In this document: positions 16,886-25,869 of the stretch, in pieces
How the letters are laid out: each line of letters starts with the position of its first letter
Position numbering within the stretch: the stretch's first letter is position 1
Source of the DNA: a virus
Lineage: Duplodnaviria; Caudoviricetes
Length of the DNA: 47,930 nucleotides
Direction: 5' to 3' (one strand)
IMG/VR virus record: IMGVR_UViG_3300049167_000081
Coordinates: 1-47,930 of that record
Made by a program: the position numbers and the translations under genes
Notes under the pieces: generated by a model
What the model saw: only the letters and a program-made list of their open reading frames with translations
Databases searched by the model: none
What the model was told of the DNA's origin: nothing

Positions 16886-17790
16886 GACGCGCGCGGCTTC
16901 CGGCCAGCAGTCTTCTTTGTTGCAGCCTTCTTCGCGGGCGTCTTCTTGGCCGTCTTCTTGGCCGCGGTCTTCTTCGGCTTGGGCATGTCGTGGACCGTCG
17001 CGTGCTCACCCTCGCCGCGGGACTCCCGCGCCTTCGCCACCGACTCGTTCAGCGCGGCCATCAGGTCGACGACCTGCCCGGCCGGCTCCGGCGCCTCGGC
17101 GGCCGGCATCGCCTTGCCCTCCGCCTTGGCGGCGATGACCTGCTCGAGCGCCTCACGGTATTCGTCGTGGTAGTCGGACAGGTCGTCCTGGCCCATGGCG
17201 TCCATGAGGGCGAGCGCCCCATCGACCTCGGAGTCGCCGATCTCAACCGGCGGCGGGGCGAGCTCGGCGGGCGAACGGATCTCGTCGGGCCAGTGCATCG
17301 AGTGGAGGACAAGGGCGTCTTCCTTCACGCGCAGCAGGCCGAGGCGCTCGCGGCCGCGGAGGGCGAACTTCGCCACCGCCACCTTGCTCGAGCGCTCGAG
17401 GGCCTGGCGGAGCAGCTTGTACGGCTTCGCGGAGACCTGGCCGTCGGCCTCCAGGTAGTAGGAGTCGCCGATCCGGACGGGGTCGATCGACTCGGCCGGC
17501 ACGAACGCGACGATGTCGATCGCCCGGGCGGTGGGCAGCGGCATGTCGGCAAGGTCCTCTTCGGTGACGGGGACCAGCGTGTCTTTCGATACCTCGTAGC
17601 CCTTGATGATCTCGTCGTCGCGGAGCTGCTGGCCGTCCAGCTCACAGACCTTTCGGTAGCGGATGCGGCCCATGTCCTCGAGGTGCACCTGCCGGAAGGA
17701 GATGGAGTGGTCCTCGGTGGCGTTGATGACCTTGATGGGGATGGTGACCAGGCCGAAGGTGATGGCGCCGGACCAGATGGGGCGGGGCAT
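16882..17790 (-). CDS. ku: NHEJ DNA end-binding protein Ku
   Basis: RPIWSGAITFGLVTIPIK, RIRYRKVC, IIKGYE, VVDLMAALNESV, lysine-rich tail. Confidence 0.96.
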   Translation of the reverse strand: MPRPIWSGAITFGLVTIPIKVINATEDHSISFRQVHLEDMGRIRYRKVCELDGQQLRDDEIIKGYEVSKDTLVPVTEEDLADMPLPTARAIDIVAFVPAESIDPVRIGDSYYLEADGQVSAKPYKLLRQALERSSKVAVAKFALRGRERLGLLRVKEDALVLHSMHWPDEIRSPAELAPPPVEIGDSEVDGALALMDAMGQDDLSDYHDEYREALEQVIAAKAEGKAMPAAEAPEPAGQVVDLMAALNESVAKARESRGEGEHATVHDMPKPKKTAAKKTAKKTPAKKAATKKTAGRKPRAS

Positions 17791-17932
17791 GGTGAACCTC
17801 CACGACGGCCCCGAGCATGGCCAGCCTACGACCGAGCGCTCCGTACAGCACACGCACCGACTCCTGCTCGACGACCCGATGTGGGTCGAGTGGCGCGGCG
17901 GCCGGGCACACCAGTGGGACGCGGCCTGAGCC

Positions 17933-18184
17933 CTACTCCACGGGCCGCTCGGGCTCTCCTTCTGTGAGCTGCCGGGCGTAGTTCTCCACGTAGAGGGCGG
18001 CCCATTCGACGCCGCGACGGAAGTCGGCCACATCGAGCGCTGCCTCGCTGCGGATGCGCTCCGCCAGCGCCAGGAGTTGGAGTTGCATCACCTCCCGCCC
18101 GACATCGACGGCTGCCTGCTGCAACTGCTCGGGAGGCTCCCAAGTGCTGTCGGCAGGCTTGGTCTTCCGGGACCAGATGGCCAT
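17933..18184 (-). CDS. hypothetical protein
   Basis: GAGGAG RBS, MAIWSRK start. Confidence 0.6.
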   Translation of the reverse strand: MAIWSRKTKPADSTWEPPEQLQQAAVDVGREVMQLQLLALAERIRSEAALDVADFRRGVEWAALYVENYARQLTEGEPERPVE

Positions 18185-18345
18185 CGGGCTCCTCGCGTCG
18201 GTGCGTAGGCATGCGCCTGCCCTCCCGTGGGGAGCCGGGAGGGGCGCGGCCCCGCCCGGACGTAGCACCCGCGGGCGAGGTCCGCACAGCATGCACCCGA
18301 ACCAGCCACCAGGGAAGGGGCTGGCCGGAAAGCGAACAGCTGCAG

Positions 18346-18558
18346 CTAGTCGATGACCCATGGCAGCACGAAGATCACGATCACGAAGAAGGCGATCCAG
18401 AACGGTGCCAGCTTGTCGCTGCCGGGCTGCATGCTGGCCGGGCGCATCGGGTCCTGGTCCGGTCGGTAACGCGCGGAGGGTGTGTTGGCCAATCGTTCGG
18501 CTGCCATCCTCTCCTCTAGCTCTCGCCGCTTCTGCGGGTCCAAGGGCTGGTACCCCAT
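18346..18558 (-). CDS. small C-terminally anchored membrane protein
   Basis: FWIAFFVIVIFVLPWVI; GAGGGGAG RBS. Confidence 0.65.
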   Translation of the reverse strand: MGYQPLDPQKRRELEERMAAERLANTPSARYRPDQDPMRPASMQPGSDKLAPFWIAFFVIVIFVLPWVID

Positions 18559-18570
18559 GGCTCCCCCTCT

Positions 18571-19641
18571 CTAGTGCTCGCGGCGCAGGCCGGCCGCGGC
18601 GTTGTCGTCCCATTCATCGGCGAGCTGCATGTAGCCGAGCATGGCTTTGCTGCCTGGCGCCCAGCCTCCTTGGCGGGCGATGTTGACGGGGTCCTTGCCG
18701 TTCTTGCGGCCTTCGGTGGCGAGGCCGGAGCGGAGGCTGTGGCCGGTCCAGCGGATGGGTACGCCGGAGCGCTGGGCTACGCGGGCTACGGCGGTGGTGA
18801 CGGAGTCGGGTGCCATGGGGCCGCCGATGTGGCCCCAGCGGTCAATGCGCGGGAAGGCGGCGGCGGTGGGGTTGGTGCGGCCGTAGGCGTCGAGCCAGCG
18901 CTGCCAGGCGCGGGCTGCGCAGATCTCCGGTTCGTCGTTGTTGTACGGGATGGCGACTGTGCGGACGGAGCGCTTCGTCTTCCCGGTGACGACGGCGACC
19001 TTGATGCCGCGGGCGTGGAGGGTGATGTCGGCGAGGAGGAGGCCGGAGACTTCGGAGGCGCGGGATGCGAAGTGGAAGCCCGTGAGGATGAGGGCGAGGT
19101 CGCGGCGGCCGGTGAGGGTGTCGTCGCATGCGGCTGTGATGCGGTGCAGGTTGTCGAGGTCGGCGGCCGGCGCCTTGCCTCGCCCGCGGCGTTCGCCGTT
19201 CTTGGCCAGTTGGGTGGCGATGGCTTCGAGGCGGGCGCGTGCTTCGGAGTGGGCGTCCTTCGACGCGGGGTGGCCGCGTTCGCGGAGGCCGACGATGGCG
19301 GCGGTGAGGTGGGAGTGTGCTGACGTGGGGGCGTAGCCGCGGGTGGCGTCTCGTCCGGGTGTTGCGCGTCCGCGGTCGAGGAGCCAGGCGACGTAGGCGA
19401 CGAGCGCGCCGCGGGAGCCTACGAGTTCCGGGAGTCCGTTCTCCGTGCAGAACCGCTGCCACACCTTCCAGCCCTTGCTGTAGGTGTCGGTCGTGTTCGG
19501 CGGGACCGTGGCCTGCTTGATGGCGTCGGCGAAGTCTTCGGCGGCGGCGAGGCGTTCGGCTGCTGCTTCGCCGTGGCGGGCTGCCCAGGCGTCGCGGATC
19601 TCTGCCGGGACTCGGCTGACTGTTTCTACGGTTCCGTCCAC
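18571..19641 (-). CDS. second tyrosine recombinase (Cre/Xer-like resolvase)
   Basis: NT...Y...W..WQRFC SAM-like domain; SRASE, GKT, GHSLRSG, GGW, LGY; AAGGAG RBS before GTG. Confidence 0.9.
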   Translation of the reverse strand: MDGTVETVSRVPAEIRDAWAARHGEAAAERLAAAEDFADAIKQATVPPNTTDTYSKGWKVWQRFCTENGLPELVGSRGALVAYVAWLLDRGRATPGRDATRGYAPTSAHSHLTAAIVGLRERGHPASKDAHSEARARLEAIATQLAKNGERRGRGKAPAADLDNLHRITAACDDTLTGRRDLALILTGFHFASRASEVSGLLLADITLHARGIKVAVVTGKTKRSVRTVAIPYNNDEPEICAARAWQRWLDAYGRTNPTAAAFPRIDRWGHIGGPMAPDSVTTAVARVAQRSGVPIRWTGHSLRSGLATEGRKNGKDPVNIARQGGWAPGSKAMLGYMQLADEWDDNAAAGLRREH

Positions 19642-19784
19642 TGGTCTCCTTGATGCCTCGTCAACACCCTTTTGTCGGTCGGGATATGAAGAGTGTATCC
19701 CGAGTGATACCCCCGAGTGGGGGACACGACGAAGCGCCCCCCACCCCAGAGCAGGAGGCGCATGACGGGCCGGCTTACGCGAGG

Positions 19785-20156
19785 TCAGGATCCATCGATG
19801 GGGAACCGCGTACAGGTCGGGTCGTCGAGGCAGTCCTGCATCTCGTCGCGGTTCTCCTGGTTCGACTTCTGCAGGCCCTCCATGTACCGGTCGGTCCACT
19901 CGTCTTCGGGAAGCCCCTTGCACGCCTCCGGCTCCGGGTCGCTGTCGGTCTCCGGGTTGAAGTCGTCCGGCCGGGCACCGATCGTGGCGGCCCACGCCTC
20001 CACGCAGGCCGCTCGGGCCTCCTCGGCCGACAGCTTCGGCGACTCGGTGACCGTCGCGGTCACCGTCTCCTTCGGTTCTGCCTCTCCCCCGCCGCTCGAG
20101 CAGCCAGCGAGCCCGGCCGTGAGGAGCAGGGCGAGGATGGTGGTGCGGGTGCGCAT
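19785..20156 (-). CDS. lipoprotein
   Basis: Signal peptide with LAGC lipobox, TVTATVT linker, acidic Cys-containing domain. Confidence 0.85.
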   Translation of the reverse strand: MRTRTTILALLLTAGLAGCSSGGGEAEPKETVTATVTESPKLSAEEARAACVEAWAATIGARPDDFNPETDSDPEPEACKGLPEDEWTDRYMEGLQKSNQENRDEMQDCLDDPTCTRFPIDGS

Positions 20157-20240
20157 AGTCCCCCCAAGGACGTGCGAATGGTGGGTCGCATCATCCGCCC
20201 TGTGAAGACGGCGCGCAGCCGCTGTGACGGAATCGTGGCT

Positions 20241-20903
20241 TCACGGGTACTGACGGCGGGACGGATCCAAGCCCAACACGGACGGCGCCGGGTCCGGCTG
20301 GGACTGCGATCCGTCGCGCCGACAGACGAGCGCATCCGGGTCATCCGGCGGGGGTTGGAGGCTGTAGCCGTCGGGGCAGGTCTGCCCGTCGCGGCCGTCT
20401 GTACCGTCGGCGCCGTCTTTGCCGTCCGCCCCGGGCGGACCCGCGGGTCCGGCTGGTCCTGCGGGTCCGGGTTCGCCCTGCGGGCCGGGCGGGCCTGCTG
20501 GCCCGGCTTCACCCGCGGCACCCTCCTGGCCCGGGGCGCCGGTCTCGCCGACACCGTCCGTGCCGGGAGTTCCCGATGGGCCTACCGGTCCGGTCGGTCC
20601 GATGGGTCCGGGCGGGCCACTCGGCCCGGTGTCGCCCGGCGCGCCAGGCGGACCAGTCGGTCCGATGCTTCCCTTGCCCGGTTCGCCACGGGATCCCGGC
20701 GGTCCGGCGACCGGCTGCTCCCCCAGCTGCTGCACCTGCGCTGCCAGTTGATCCCTGGCCTCGTTCGCAGCACGTAGATCGCTGGCAAGGCCCTGCATCG
20801 TGATGACCAGGAACGCGAACCCGGCCAGACCTATGGCGACGGCAGCGGCGAACGCCAGGTCGCGGCGTCGCCGAAGCGAGTCGAGGTTCCTGTGTTGCCT
20901 CAC
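20241..20903 (-). CDS. membrane-anchored collagen-like protein
   Basis: TM helix, coiled coil, long G-X-Y run, CPDGY...VC tail. Confidence 0.85.
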   Translation of the reverse strand: MRQHRNLDSLRRRRDLAFAAAVAIGLAGFAFLVITMQGLASDLRAANEARDQLAAQVQQLGEQPVAGPPGSRGEPGKGSIGPTGPPGAPGDTGPSGPPGPIGPTGPVGPSGTPGTDGVGETGAPGQEGAAGEAGPAGPPGPQGEPGPAGPAGPAGPPGADGKDGADGTDGRDGQTCPDGYSLQPPPDDPDALVCRRDGSQSQPDPAPSVLGLDPSRRQYP

Positions 20904-21247
20904 GCCGCGGCTCCCTGCGTCTGTATGTACACGGTGAGCAGCAGCATCAGCACGGGGGCGATGATCGCGGTGAAAATGAGGCGCCGGTCGGCGGCCCGCC
21001 GGTCAGCGAGCCGCTGCGCCTCTTCGCGGCGGTCCCGCTCTTCCTGCTCGCGTGCGTCCTCTATGGACTTGACCCGCTCGACGATTACACGGAGGGCTTC
21101 GTCGCGTGCTACCTGCTCGAGCTGGTAGCGCTCCATGGAGACTTTGCTGTCGAGCCGTGAGCCGAGCTCGCGAAAATCTTCCTTGAGGTCGGTGCGGACG
21201 TCCTCGAGACGTCGCATCACCTCGCCGAGAGTCGGCTCATCGGGCAT
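20900..21247 (-). CDS. coiled-coil membrane protein of the lysis cassette
   Basis: [12 protein letters not shown], coiled coil, single C-terminal TM. Confidence 0.75.
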   Translation of the reverse strand: MPDEPTLGEVMRRLEDVRTDLKEDFRELGSRLDSKVSMERYQLEQVARDEALRVIVERVKSIEDAREQEERDRREEAQRLADRRAADRRLIFTAIIAPVLMLLLTVYIQTQGAAA

Positions 21248-21255
21248 GGTGGCTC

Positions 21256-21609
21256 CTAGGCGGCGGTGGTCTTCGGCACTGCGGGGGCGACGGGTGTCAC
21301 CTGGCCGCGGGTGATGAACATGAGGACGGCGAGGACAGCACCGTTGATGGCCGCAGTGGTGGTCGGTGCGACCTCGAACCCGAAGGCGCTTACGGCGCTG
21401 GCGCCGGTGGCGACGAGGGTGGTGAAGGCCTGCACTGCGATAGGCCGGGTGAGGGCCGCGGCTATCGCGCCGAGGACGGCTGAGGCACCGGCGACGAGCC
21501 AGCCAGCCTGCTCCTCGCTGAGGCCGACGTTGAAGGTGACGAGCAGTCCGAGGAACGCGGCGAGGGAGTTGAGCCAGAGGGCGGGTTCGCGTCCGAGGAT
21601 GGTCTTCAT
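21256..21609 (-). CDS. holin
   Basis: ILGREPAL start, about four TM segments, RGQVTP; directly after endolysin. Confidence 0.8.
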   Translation of the reverse strand: MKTILGREPALWLNSLAAFLGLLVTFNVGLSEEQAGWLVAGASAVLGAIAAALTRPIAVQAFTTLVATGASAVSAFGFEVAPTTTAAINGAVLAVLMFITRGQVTPVAPAVPKTTAA

Positions 21610-21631
21610 GGGGTTCTCCGTTCTGTGGTGG

Positions 21632-22609
21632 CTACTCGGCGAGCCGAGCAGCCAGAGTGTCGGCAATGGCCTTTGCCAGCGCCGGGTGCGTGGCGACCGC
21701 CTGCGCAATCGCGGCGGTCTGCTCCGGTGTGACGCCTCCGAGGGCGAGATCCGTGGTCTGCTCGGCGGCCCGCTTGGCGTAGTTGGCCGCGTCGCGCTGA
21801 ATCTGGAAGATGTCCCGCGGGTCGATGTCCTCGTTTGCCCAGGCAGCGACAGCGCGGCCTACCTCGGCGTGGATCGTGGCGACGATCCACTTCTTGTCGT
21901 CGGTGGTCAGGGCCACGTCGTCCTCCTCGGAGGGGATGGGTGCGGTGGTGCCAGGCGTCCAGCTGGCGGGGCGGGCGAGGCGCTCGTCGATGAGGCGGCG
22001 CAGCACGGGCGGGGACACATCGACACCACCGGTTCCGGTGCGGGGGTCGATCTTCCCGGGCTGCCACTCCTTGTGACCGATCACGCTGCGGGCGGTCCAG
22101 CCCTGCGCGGGCCCGCCGTAGGCGCGGAGGATCGCGGCCGACGCGCGCACGATCGCGTCCCGCTGTACGGTCGGCCACGGGTCCTTGCCGTCGCCGAGGT
22201 TGATGCACTCGAAGCCGTAGAAGTGGCGGTTGCCGTCGGTGTTGGCCTCGTTCGGGACGAGCAGCTGGTCGCGGTCGTAGTCCTCGTTCTGCACGGCGCG
22301 CAGTACGTCGTCGTCGCCGAGGCCGGCATGGTTGGCGCGGCCGTTGCTGATCAGGTAGACCGTGCCGTCCTTGGCGATCACGCCGTGACAGAGCGGGCCG
22401 GGCAGCGAGGAGTGCCCGTTGTAGCAGAGCTCGACCGAGGACATCGTGCCGGTCGTGACCGTGTGGTGGATCATCACGCCGTTGATGTCGCCGAACGTGC
22501 CTGCGGTGGCGGGGCGCCGGTGGGTACGCCAGTCGCGGTACTCGACGACCCGCAGGCCCTCGGCGCGTAGCGCGGCGAGCAGCTTGTCGGCGGTCAGAGC
22601 AGATGCCAT
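21632..22609 (-). CDS. endolysin, N-acetylmuramoyl-L-alanine amidase
   Basis: MIHHT, GRANHAG, YGFEC, VIGHKEWQPGKIDP. Confidence 0.93.
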   Translation of the reverse strand: MASALTADKLLAALRAEGLRVVEYRDWRTHRRPATAGTFGDINGVMIHHTVTTGTMSSVELCYNGHSSLPGPLCHGVIAKDGTVYLISNGRANHAGLGDDDVLRAVQNEDYDRDQLLVPNEANTDGNRHFYGFECINLGDGKDPWPTVQRDAIVRASAAILRAYGGPAQGWTARSVIGHKEWQPGKIDPRTGTGGVDVSPPVLRRLIDERLARPASWTPGTTAPIPSEEDDVALTTDDKKWIVATIHAEVGRAVAAWANEDIDPRDIFQIQRDAANYAKRAAEQTTDLALGGVTPEQTAAIAQAVATHPALAKAIADTLAARLAE

Positions 22610-22618
22610 GAGTTTTCC

Positions 22619-23086
22619 TTACGCGGCTTCGTAGGTGCCGGTGATCCAGATCCGGTCGCCGGTCGCGAACGTCTGGGGGTTGGTGTTGCTGATCGCGGCG
22701 GCCAGTCCTTCGTTGCCGGTGTAGGCCTGCGCTGTAGTCGCGCTGCCGCCGGTGAAAGCGACGCCGAGGGAGTAGCCGGCCGAGCCGACGGACGAGTCAC
22801 CGACGAAGCAGGTGCCGACCATGTCGGCGGTGGCTGCGGCCGCCACGGGGAGGGAGAACGAGTAGTTGCCGGTGCCCCACGTGGTAAGCGTTCCGCCGGT
22901 GAGCTTGATCGAGAAGTGAACGGTGTCGCCGATCACGCAATAGCGGCCGACGAGGGTGCCGTTGCCGATGGCGGGGGCCGTGCCGGAGGAGGTCCACGAG
23001 ACGACGTAGTCCTGCCACTGGCCGACCATGTCCTCCAGGGTTTCTGCGTCGAGCGGCGATCCGGCGGCGGGCGGTGCGTAGGTCAT
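22619..23086 (-). CDS. minor tail / tail-tip protein
   Basis: PAIGNGTLVGRY...YSFSLPV...ITGTYEA beta-rich domain. Confidence 0.7.
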   Translation of the reverse strand: MTYAPPAAGSPLDAETLEDMVGQWQDYVVSWTSSGTAPAIGNGTLVGRYCVIGDTVHFSIKLTGGTLTTWGTGNYSFSLPVAAAATADMVGTCFVGDSSVGSAGYSLGVAFTGGSATTAQAYTGNEGLAAAISNTNPQTFATGDRIWITGTYEAA

Positions 23087-23097
23087 GCGGGCTCTCC

Positions 23098-25869
23098 TTA
23101 CAGGGGGATGGCGACGGGGGCGAAGAGCTGCACCGCAGCGCCTGCACTGTGGGATTTGGTGATGCCGTTGACGGAGCGGGTGACGGTGAACGCCTGCGGG
23201 GACGACGCGCCGGAGATGGCGGTGACGGTCATCCGCTCGCCGCCGACCGTGATGTCGAACGGCACATGCGCCGGATTGAGCGTCCACAGCGGGCCGCTGG
23301 TGGTGGTCACCGACAGGGCGGTCGCGCTGCTGGTGACGCCTGCCGCCAGCTCGGAGCCGCCCGTGTCGATCCGCGAAGCCGCTGCGCCGACCACAGCAGT
23401 GCGGTACGGACCCGCCGGGCTGGTCGTGAACGCGATCTCCCACCGGTATTGGTGCAGGATCTCCGTGTAGCCCTGCGCCATCAGCTCAATGGTGTCCGGC
23501 GGCAGCCACGTCGGGGGGTTGGTGATGTCGAGTCGTGAGCCGATGTCGACGCGCGCCACGTCATCGATCATGTGCGGGGCGCTCTGCAGAAGCACCGTCA
23601 CGACCGGATACCGGGTCTCGTCCCAGGTGCCCATGTGGAGCATCCACGAGGCGTGCTGGGGCAGCTGGTCGTCGCTGTAGAGGGCGAGGGTGCTCTGCTC
23701 GCTGTAGATGCCGACACCGTCCGGAGGGGCCTGCACGGACAGCGGCCCGGTCTCCTGCACGGCGCGGGCCGAGGAGCCGCCCTGGCGCTGGACGGTGATG
23801 TCGTTGCGGAGGTAGCGATCGTCGTCGACCGGCTCGAGCGGGATGACCAAGCCGTCGCTTCCCTCGTAGTCGAGGGTGAGGTCTGCGGTCTGGTTGTAGA
23901 GCCGCCGCCGGTCCTGGAATGCGAGCGCGGTCTGGTCGCGCTCCTCGTACAGGATGCCGTGGTCTGCGTCCGCTGCCTCTTGCAGGAGGTCGAGGAAGCG
24001 GGCGGGACGCTGCGGCCCGACGAACACCTGCTGGTTCGTGTTGCCGTGAAGGAAGAAGCTGACCTCTTCCTCGGCGCAGAGTCGAAGCATGCGGAGACCT
24101 GCGGTCTCCCCTGTGAACCCGAGGTCGGCCTCGTTGTAGATGTTCTGGGTGTCGGAGAACACGGCGATGTGGCCGATGCTGATGCCGTCCATGGTGGTCT
24201 CGTAGCCGCCGAGGGGCGCGCCGACAGCGGTGACCCGGCCGATGATCGAGGACCCGCGGGTGTTGGTGTACGTGGTGATGACGGTGTCGCCGCGCAGCCA
24301 CTCGAGCGTGTACTGGACCGACGCGCCGAACGTCTGGGCGAACACCCGGAGCCGGTACCAACCGCCGACGGGGATGGCACCGCCGGGTAGTGCGGCCCAC
24401 GTCCCGGTGTCGACGTACAGGCCGGCCGCGGCCCCGTCGAACTGGCCGAGCACCCGGAAGCCGGTGCTGCTCATGCCGATGGTCCAGGAGTCGATGGTGC
24501 CGGTGGTGCCGATGCGGATGAAGTCCTGGTAGGAGGCGTCGAAGGTCTCGGCGCGGTAGGCGAGCTCGACGCACCACTGCGGGCCGGGGCTGGCCGCCGC
24601 CGGGACCCGGCCGTAGAACGTGGCCCGCGAACTGCCGGAGTCGCTGTCGAATGTGGGCAGCGGGGATGAGCCGTCCAGGGTGCTTTCGGCGGCGAAGTCG
24701 AGTCCGGTGCCGACCATCTGCGGGCCGCCTGGCATGGCGGACGCCACGCGGGTGGCGCCTTCTTCGTCCTCGAACGGCCAGTAGGCGAGGAGTGTGGGCT
24801 CGGTGGGGATGGTGCGGCGCAGCGTGGACTTGAGCGGTGCCGCTCCTTGTCCGAGGCGTCGGAGGATTCCGGCGGCTTCAACTTCGACGTACACGTCCCG
24901 GCCGCCGGTGCTCCAGCGGACGGGCCATGCGGAGATCTCTCCGAGGAAACGGATCTTTCGGTTGGAGATCGAGGCCGCGCCGTTGACGGTCCATGTGCGG
25001 CCTGAGGAGTCGGCGAAGCTCGTGGTTCCCGTCGCCTGGGCGGTGAAGTCCGGGTTCGCGACCAGCGTGCCGCCGATGCCGTTCCGCAGCTGGAAAGCAT
25101 GGACCTGCCCGTCGAGGGGCTGCCCGCCGACAGTGGCGAGTGAACCGACCTCAAGGTTGGCCGTGCTGCTGAACACCGACGTGACACCAACGTTGACGAC
25201 AGGGTCACCGAGCTGCGTCCATGTGCCGTCGATGGAGTCCGACGTGTAGAAGGTGGTGGTGCTCCCGCCTGATCCGTTGTTGACGTCGTGCGTGACCCTG
25301 AGCGCGATCCTGTTGGAGCGGGGGATCGGAAAGCCCTCCGTCGAGGTCACGTCGATCGAGCTGGCAAGGGTGCCGGCCGAGCTCCAGCGGAAGACGATGA
25401 ACCCGTTGGACGTGGTCAGATACCACGACCGTTGGTCCCCGGACGTCAGGTACTTCCCGGCCAGTTCGTTCACGATGTTGGCGTCCTGAAGTGCGCCGGA
25501 GGTGAAGTCGATCCGGATGTCCAGGTCGCCGGTGATGTCCAGGCTGGCATGGTCCGGGGTCGTGGCCGAGTCGGCGGTCGCGCCGGGCAGCATCAGATAC
25601 GAGGAGCCTGCGTCCACGCTGACCCTGACGGGGGTGTTGCGGCCGATCGCCCCGTAGTAGGGGCTCCGGGGGTTCTTCGGCGAATACTTGCCCGTGCTGT
25701 TGTTGAGCGTGAACGTGCACGACGACGGGACGATCGCTTCCGTCTCAGCGGACCTGCCGCGGCGGATGCGGATCTCGTCCCGCTCGTACACGTCCGACGA
25801 CACGTCGGTCCACGTTCCGTTGATGTCGAGCTCCACCGTGATCGGCAGAATCGTTTCCGGAAAAGCCAC
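23098..25869 (-). CDS. large minor tail (hub/baseplate) protein with LamG-like domains
   Basis: 923 aa directly after the tape measure gene; LAYWPFED and TPDHASLDITGDLD segments. Confidence 0.82.
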   Translation of the reverse strand: MAFPETILPITVELDINGTWTDVSSDVYERDEIRIRRGRSAETEAIVPSSCTFTLNNSTGKYSPKNPRSPYYGAIGRNTPVRVSVDAGSSYLMLPGATADSATTPDHASLDITGDLDIRIDFTSGALQDANIVNELAGKYLTSGDQRSWYLTTSNGFIVFRWSSAGTLASSIDVTSTEGFPIPRSNRIALRVTHDVNNGSGGSTTTFYTSDSIDGTWTQLGDPVVNVGVTSVFSSTANLEVGSLATVGGQPLDGQVHAFQLRNGIGGTLVANPDFTAQATGTTSFADSSGRTWTVNGAASISNRKIRFLGEISAWPVRWSTGGRDVYVEVEAAGILRRLGQGAAPLKSTLRRTIPTEPTLLAYWPFEDEEGATRVASAMPGGPQMVGTGLDFAAESTLDGSSPLPTFDSDSGSSRATFYGRVPAAASPGPQWCVELAYRAETFDASYQDFIRIGTTGTIDSWTIGMSSTGFRVLGQFDGAAAGLYVDTGTWAALPGGAIPVGGWYRLRVFAQTFGASVQYTLEWLRGDTVITTYTNTRGSSIIGRVTAVGAPLGGYETTMDGISIGHIAVFSDTQNIYNEADLGFTGETAGLRMLRLCAEEEVSFFLHGNTNQQVFVGPQRPARFLDLLQEAADADHGILYEERDQTALAFQDRRRLYNQTADLTLDYEGSDGLVIPLEPVDDDRYLRNDITVQRQGGSSARAVQETGPLSVQAPPDGVGIYSEQSTLALYSDDQLPQHASWMLHMGTWDETRYPVVTVLLQSAPHMIDDVARVDIGSRLDITNPPTWLPPDTIELMAQGYTEILHQYRWEIAFTTSPAGPYRTAVVGAAASRIDTGGSELAAGVTSSATALSVTTTSGPLWTLNPAHVPFDITVGGERMTVTAISGASSPQAFTVTRSVNGITKSHSAGAAVQLFAPVAIPL

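Noticed and set aside
20380-20710. GC-rich 9-bp periodic repeats
   Set aside because: Explained by collagen G-X-Y coding
23098-25869. Diversity-generating retroelement or invertible tail-fibre system linked to the second recombinase
   Set aside because: No reverse transcriptase, template/variable repeat pair or inverted alternative tail cassettes seen
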